Position numbers and translations under genes: made by a program. From contig CAMZEI010000001.1 in assembly GCA_947305815.1 (NCBI GenBank), positions 1-50,951 of the forward strand: 50,951 bases of DNA, in the 5' to 3' direction. The stretch is from an uncultured Bacteroidales bacterium. Lineage in GTDB: Bacteria > Bacteroidota > Bacteroidia > Bacteroidales > UBA932. Shown here piece after piece: positions 47,320-50,951 of the stretch. Position 1 is the first letter of the stretch, and each line of letters starts with the position of its first letter. Under the pieces are notes generated by a model. The model was not told the DNA's origin. It saw only the letters and a list, made by a program, of their open reading frames with translations, and did not search any database.

Positions 47320-50112
47320 TTAGCAGGATGTTAACTCCTGATACATCTTGAAGAGGCGGGCGACGATGTCGGACTCGGTGGCGTCTTTGGGGAAGCCGTA
47401 GGCCTCCAAGACAGCGGCGTCGTTAGAGCGGTGGGCCTTGCGGAGTTCAACCGGCATAGCAATATCATCATAAATGTCGGCAAAACTATTCTCCGGGAAA
47501 AGAGCACGGGCATCAAGGACCATCTGTGCCGTGGATTCAATCTTCTTAATTTGTTCTTCGGTCGGATTTGGCCATGGCAAATTGTTGTAGACAATCTTTG
47601 CCGAGTAGTCATAACTCATTCCTAATCTTCCACATACAACCCTAAGCCATGCCATATTAACAATGGAAGTCAGAATTCCGAAGTGATATTTCGTGGCAAG
47701 AGGAATCAACTGAATCTTATTGGAGCAAATGATGTAAGGCTCCATAAATCCAATCGGGACATATTTCCTTCTCTCCCCGGACACCTCGGGTATTGCCATG
47801 TAATAATCGCTGGGCTGGCGTATTTCTGCAAACAATGTAGGAGTGTCCGCAAGTTTTCTTGTGGCATCCTTTTTACTGGCCAGACGCATCGACCGAACAT
47901 TCTCAATACGCTCAGCCAACGGAGGGCATTTCCTAATATCCGCAGGGTTTGCATTGACAAGCCACAAGCAGAACCTCTTTTTATTGTAGATAAACTCTTC
48001 TGCTCCCAAGAACAGATGGATGTATTGCTCAATAAACGGGTATTTGCTTATCAGTTCTACGCGCTCTTCATCAGAAAGAATCAAGAATCCTCCTTCAACG
48101 GGCTTGTTTCCATACACCATTGACGGGATGGAACATAAAGGCTTTGTTCGGCTTTCTATGTAAACATCAGGAGCATCGTACAGGTAAGCATTTATGTTAG
48201 ACGCTGTGATTCTCTCATCACCGAAGATATACTTAGGCTTCTTCGACGAGCGGTCCAGACTGAATCCAATAATCACACAATAGACGTGCGCCTTTAGAGA
48301 TGCCTCGCTGTCCCATTGGAAAGTCCGATATGCAAAGTCAAATTGTAAACCATGAGTCTCAACAAGATCTTTCCAAACGAACGCAACTTGCTCGCCCTGA
48401 GTGATAGAATTGGTTGATACGAATGCGGCATGAATCTTTGTATTCGCCTTCATGTATTCGATGCCTTTCCTATACCATGCTGCTACATAATCAATCTTTC
48501 CGGCAAAAGGGAACGTTTTCCCCTTTGAATCAGTAAACAGATTACGCATGTCTTCCTTTTGCGAAGGAGACTGAACGGCATATCCGATGAACGGCGGATT
48601 ACCCATGATGTAGTCCAGCTCCTCTGGTGCGACGACCTCGTTCCAGTCCATCCGGAGGGCGTTGCCCTCATGGATGTTGGTGTAGGTCTTCAACGGCAGC
48701 GGGTCAAGGTTGAAACCTACGATTTCATCTGTGGCCTGCATCATCTGGCTCTCTGCAATCCATAGCGCCGTCTGGGCCACAGAGCAGGCGAAGTCGTTGA
48801 TTTCGATGCCGTAGAACTGGTTGATGGACACCTTAATCGGGTCGGCCATTTCGCCAATCACGCGGTCGCTTCCATAGATCATTCGCAGGGCCTCATTCTC
48901 CAGGCGGCGCAAACTGGTGTAGGATTCAGTTAGGAAGTTTCCCGAGCCGCATGCCGGGTCGAAGAATTTCAGCTTGGAAATCTTATCCTGGAAGGCATAA
49001 GCCCGGTCTTTCTTGGTCTTGGCAACGGATGTAGCCTTAATGTCGGCCAGCTCGGCCTTGAGGTCGTTCAGGAACAGTGGATCTATGACCTTATGGATGT
49101 TCTCGATGGATGTGTAGTGCATTCCTCCGGCACGACGTGTCTCGGGGTTCAGGGTGCTCTCGAACACGGCTCCGAAGATAGTCGGTGAAATCAGACTCCA
49201 GTCGAAATCATCACTGGCCCTCTGGAGTATCAATGTGCGAATCTCGTCGTTGATACGAGGTATTTCTATGTCGCCGGCGAACATACCACCGTTTACATAC
49301 GGGAAGGCCAGGAGTTTCTCGTCCTCATACTGGTCTCGGTCTTCTGGCTTCTGGTCCAGGATGCGGAACAGCTTGATGAGTTTCTCGCGGAAATCAGCTG
49401 CCGGGAACTGTGCCATATAATCATGGAACATGTTCTTGCTCCCAAATATGCCGGCATCCTCCGCATACAGACAGAATACCAAACGAACGCACAGTTTGTT
49501 CAGCGCCTTTTGCGTTTCCGGGTCATCAGGGTTTCTATATTGAGCAAGGATCTTGTCGTAAAGCACGCCCACTATTTCACCGGCCTGGATGGAAACCTCC
49601 AGCTCCTTCTTCAGATGGACGTTGGTGTCATCGACCAGGAAGGAGAGGCGGTGGTACTCTTTCTCCAGATCCGCCAGCTGTATAATCTCCGGAGCGTCGT
49701 TAGGGCGCTCCATATCGTGGACTTCAAAAGTCTCGAAATTGCAAGCTACAATCCACCTTGGGGCCATTGATAAGGGCAAGCCGGCAGCATATCGACGAGC
49801 CTGCTGATATGGAGTAAGCTCCGAGCCATCTGACTGGCGATACTTCGAGGACAGGTCTACACGAGAACCTTTCTGCTCAATAAGCACCTTCGTCGAAGCA
49901 ATATAGCCGTCAATGAAGTCAGAGCCTTTCTCCTTCAGAATAGTCTTCACCGGAAGCTCAAACTCTATGAACTTCGTAGCGTCTTGAATACCGTAAATGC
50001 TCTGCAGGAGGGCTATCCAGAAACGAGAAGTCTCGCCTTTTTCGTAACCCTTCCCGGACCAGTCCAGTACGAACTGCTTTGCCGCCTGCTTCTGTGCCAA
50101 ATTAGTAGCCAT
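47320..50112 (-). CDS. MmeI-like (Type IIL/IIG) fused restriction endonuclease-adenine methyltransferase
   Basis: N-terminal FID...LIEQK nuclease-like motif, IFGAVFES, GMHYTS, motif I FDPACGSGNFL, motif IV GNPPF, C-terminal ELRKAH..ND.AVLEAYG. 930 aa. Confidence 0.88.
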   Translation of the reverse strand: MATNLAQKQAAKQFVLDWSGKGYEKGETSRFWIALLQSIYGIQDATKFIEFELPVKTILKEKGSDFIDGYIASTKVLIEQKGSRVDLSSKYRQSDGSELTPYQQARRYAAGLPLSMAPRWIVACNFETFEVHDMERPNDAPEIIQLADLEKEYHRLSFLVDDTNVHLKKELEVSIQAGEIVGVLYDKILAQYRNPDDPETQKALNKLCVRLVFCLYAEDAGIFGSKNMFHDYMAQFPAADFREKLIKLFRILDQKPEDRDQYEDEKLLAFPYVNGGMFAGDIEIPRINDEIRTLILQRASDDFDWSLISPTIFGAVFESTLNPETRRAGGMHYTSIENIHKVIDPLFLNDLKAELADIKATSVAKTKKDRAYAFQDKISKLKFFDPACGSGNFLTESYTSLRRLENEALRMIYGSDRVIGEMADPIKVSINQFYGIEINDFACSVAQTALWIAESQMMQATDEIVGFNLDPLPLKTYTNIHEGNALRMDWNEVVAPEELDYIMGNPPFIGYAVQSPSQKEDMRNLFTDSKGKTFPFAGKIDYVAAWYRKGIEYMKANTKIHAAFVSTNSITQGEQVAFVWKDLVETHGLQFDFAYRTFQWDSEASLKAHVYCVIIGFSLDRSSKKPKYIFGDERITASNINAYLYDAPDVYIESRTKPLCSIPSMVYGNKPVEGGFLILSDEERVELISKYPFIEQYIHLFLGAEEFIYNKKRFCLWLVNANPADIRKCPPLAERIENVRSMRLASKKDATRKLADTPTLFAEIRQPSDYYMAIPEVSGERRKYVPIGFMEPYIICSNKIQLIPLATKYHFGILTSIVNMAWLRVVCGRLGMSYDYSAKIVYNNLPWPNPTEEQIKKIESTAQMVLDARALFPENSFADIYDDIAMPVELRKAHRSNDAAVLEAYGFPKDATESDIVARLFKMYQELTSC

Positions 50113-50162
50113 AGCTATATCGCGCGTTGATTCGTGTAAATATAGCTATTTTCGTGAAATAA

Positions 50163-50190
50163 CGCCGCCCCGGGGAACCCCTGAGCAGCG
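50163..50190 (-). terminator. Possible terminator after the Rpn-like gene
   Basis: Imperfect GC-rich stem (CGCTGCTCAGGGG-tt-CCCCGGGGCGGCG on - strand) followed by TTATTT. Confidence 0.45.
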
Positions 50191-50233
50191 AATATGAATA
50201 ATTGTGTAAGAACTGAATGCCGGTAATAATTAG

Positions 50234-50951
50234 CTACAGAGCGGCAATATGTTCCTCAGTTAGGCCTGTAAACTTGGAAATCAGATCAGGTTTCAGACCG
50301 TCTGCGAGCATTCTCTTAGCAACTTCTACTTTTCCTTTCTCCAGCCCTTCGGCAAAACCGGCTTCTTCGCCCTGTTCGCGGGCGAAGTCAATGGTGTTCT
50401 TGTAGTCGCGTTTCGCCTTCATGGCGTACGCGTACTGAATCTTTTCATCCAGCGTCATGCTGGCAAATTCTGCTTCCTGTACCATTTCGTCGAAATAAGG
50501 GTCGTCATCCCACAGCTCCGGCTTCTCCACAAAAGTAGGAAGATTCTTCATAATGTACAAGAACCTCTCCTCGAATGTCTTACACTCATCCTTCGGCTTG
50601 TTGAAGCGCGCAACCTCCATGAACGCAAAACGAAGCGACTCCGTCATCAGCTCGTTAGTGCTGTCCTCCCGCAGCATGAACTTGTGCGTGAACTGTTTTT
50701 CATTGGCAAGACTAGGGTCAAGATGCCGCATATCGAAGTTCATAAGCCCGAGGAAGAACACAATGTAGGTCGTATGATGCTCTTCGCTCTTCTTCTGTAA
50801 GCCCCAGAAGCTCGCTCTCAGTAATATCTACATCAACGAGGTCCAGACCGAACACTACATTCAGAGGTCTGATGATTAGTTGCTTCTTCCCGGACTCCTT
50901 GAATATCTTCTTGAATCCGAAATCGACCATCGGGTCGATGTACTTTCTCAC
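50234..50951 (-). pseudogene. Rpn/PD-(D/E)XK family nuclease (putative transposase), internally deleted and frameshifted; start may lie at or beyond the window edge
   Basis: KYIDPMVDFGFKKIF...RASYDLHC jumps, with a frame change near 50762, straight to VFFLGLMNF. The usual IE.Q catalytic segment is absent. C-terminus EGLEKGKVEVAKRML...ISKFTGLTEEHI is typical of the family. Confidence 0.82.
50542..50567. repeat. 26-bp exact direct repeat, right copy (within the Rpn-like gene)
   Basis: Identical to 46896-46921; encodes RFLYIMKN on the - strand. Confidence 0.9.

Overview
Chromosomal window from a GC-rich member of the Bacteroidales. Support: many TAnnTTTG -7 promoter boxes, no obvious Shine-Dalgarno sites, numerous lipoproteins, and Bacteroidetes-type gene neighbourhoods (TPR/OMP pair beside gyrB and ftsE). 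Most of it is housekeeping: guaA, kbl with an SDR threonine dehydrogenase, clpP, a short tig, a 7TM-HD phosphodiesterase, gyrB, ftsE-like, nth, pgm, tRNA-Phe and a degenerate priA. Three accessory blocks stand out. (1) A Gram-positive-style fatty-acid salvage operon, fakA-fakB-GNAT(YghO-like)-plsX-acp (10.4-15.3 kb). (2) An 11 kb outer-membrane operon (16.5-27.7 kb): TonB-dependent receptor, DUF4876-like lipoprotein, beta-barrel, two gingipain(C25)-like/HEAT lipoproteins, a papain-like protease and a short HmuY-like lipoprotein. It has two perfect palindromes at its promoter, and the receptor is frameshifted by a 30-nt insert between 16-bp direct repeats. (3) A decaying defence-like patch at the right end: an intact MmeI-like restriction-modification fusion with an AT-rich specificity region, lying between a NERD/zinc-finger remnant and an internally deleted Rpn/PD-(D/E)XK gene, with a 26-bp exact direct repeat spanning it. 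A ~27-bp REP-like palindrome occurs four times, once in-frame inside a gene, and a second palindrome family sits in-frame in priA. All family assignments come from recognising motifs by eye; no database searches were run.
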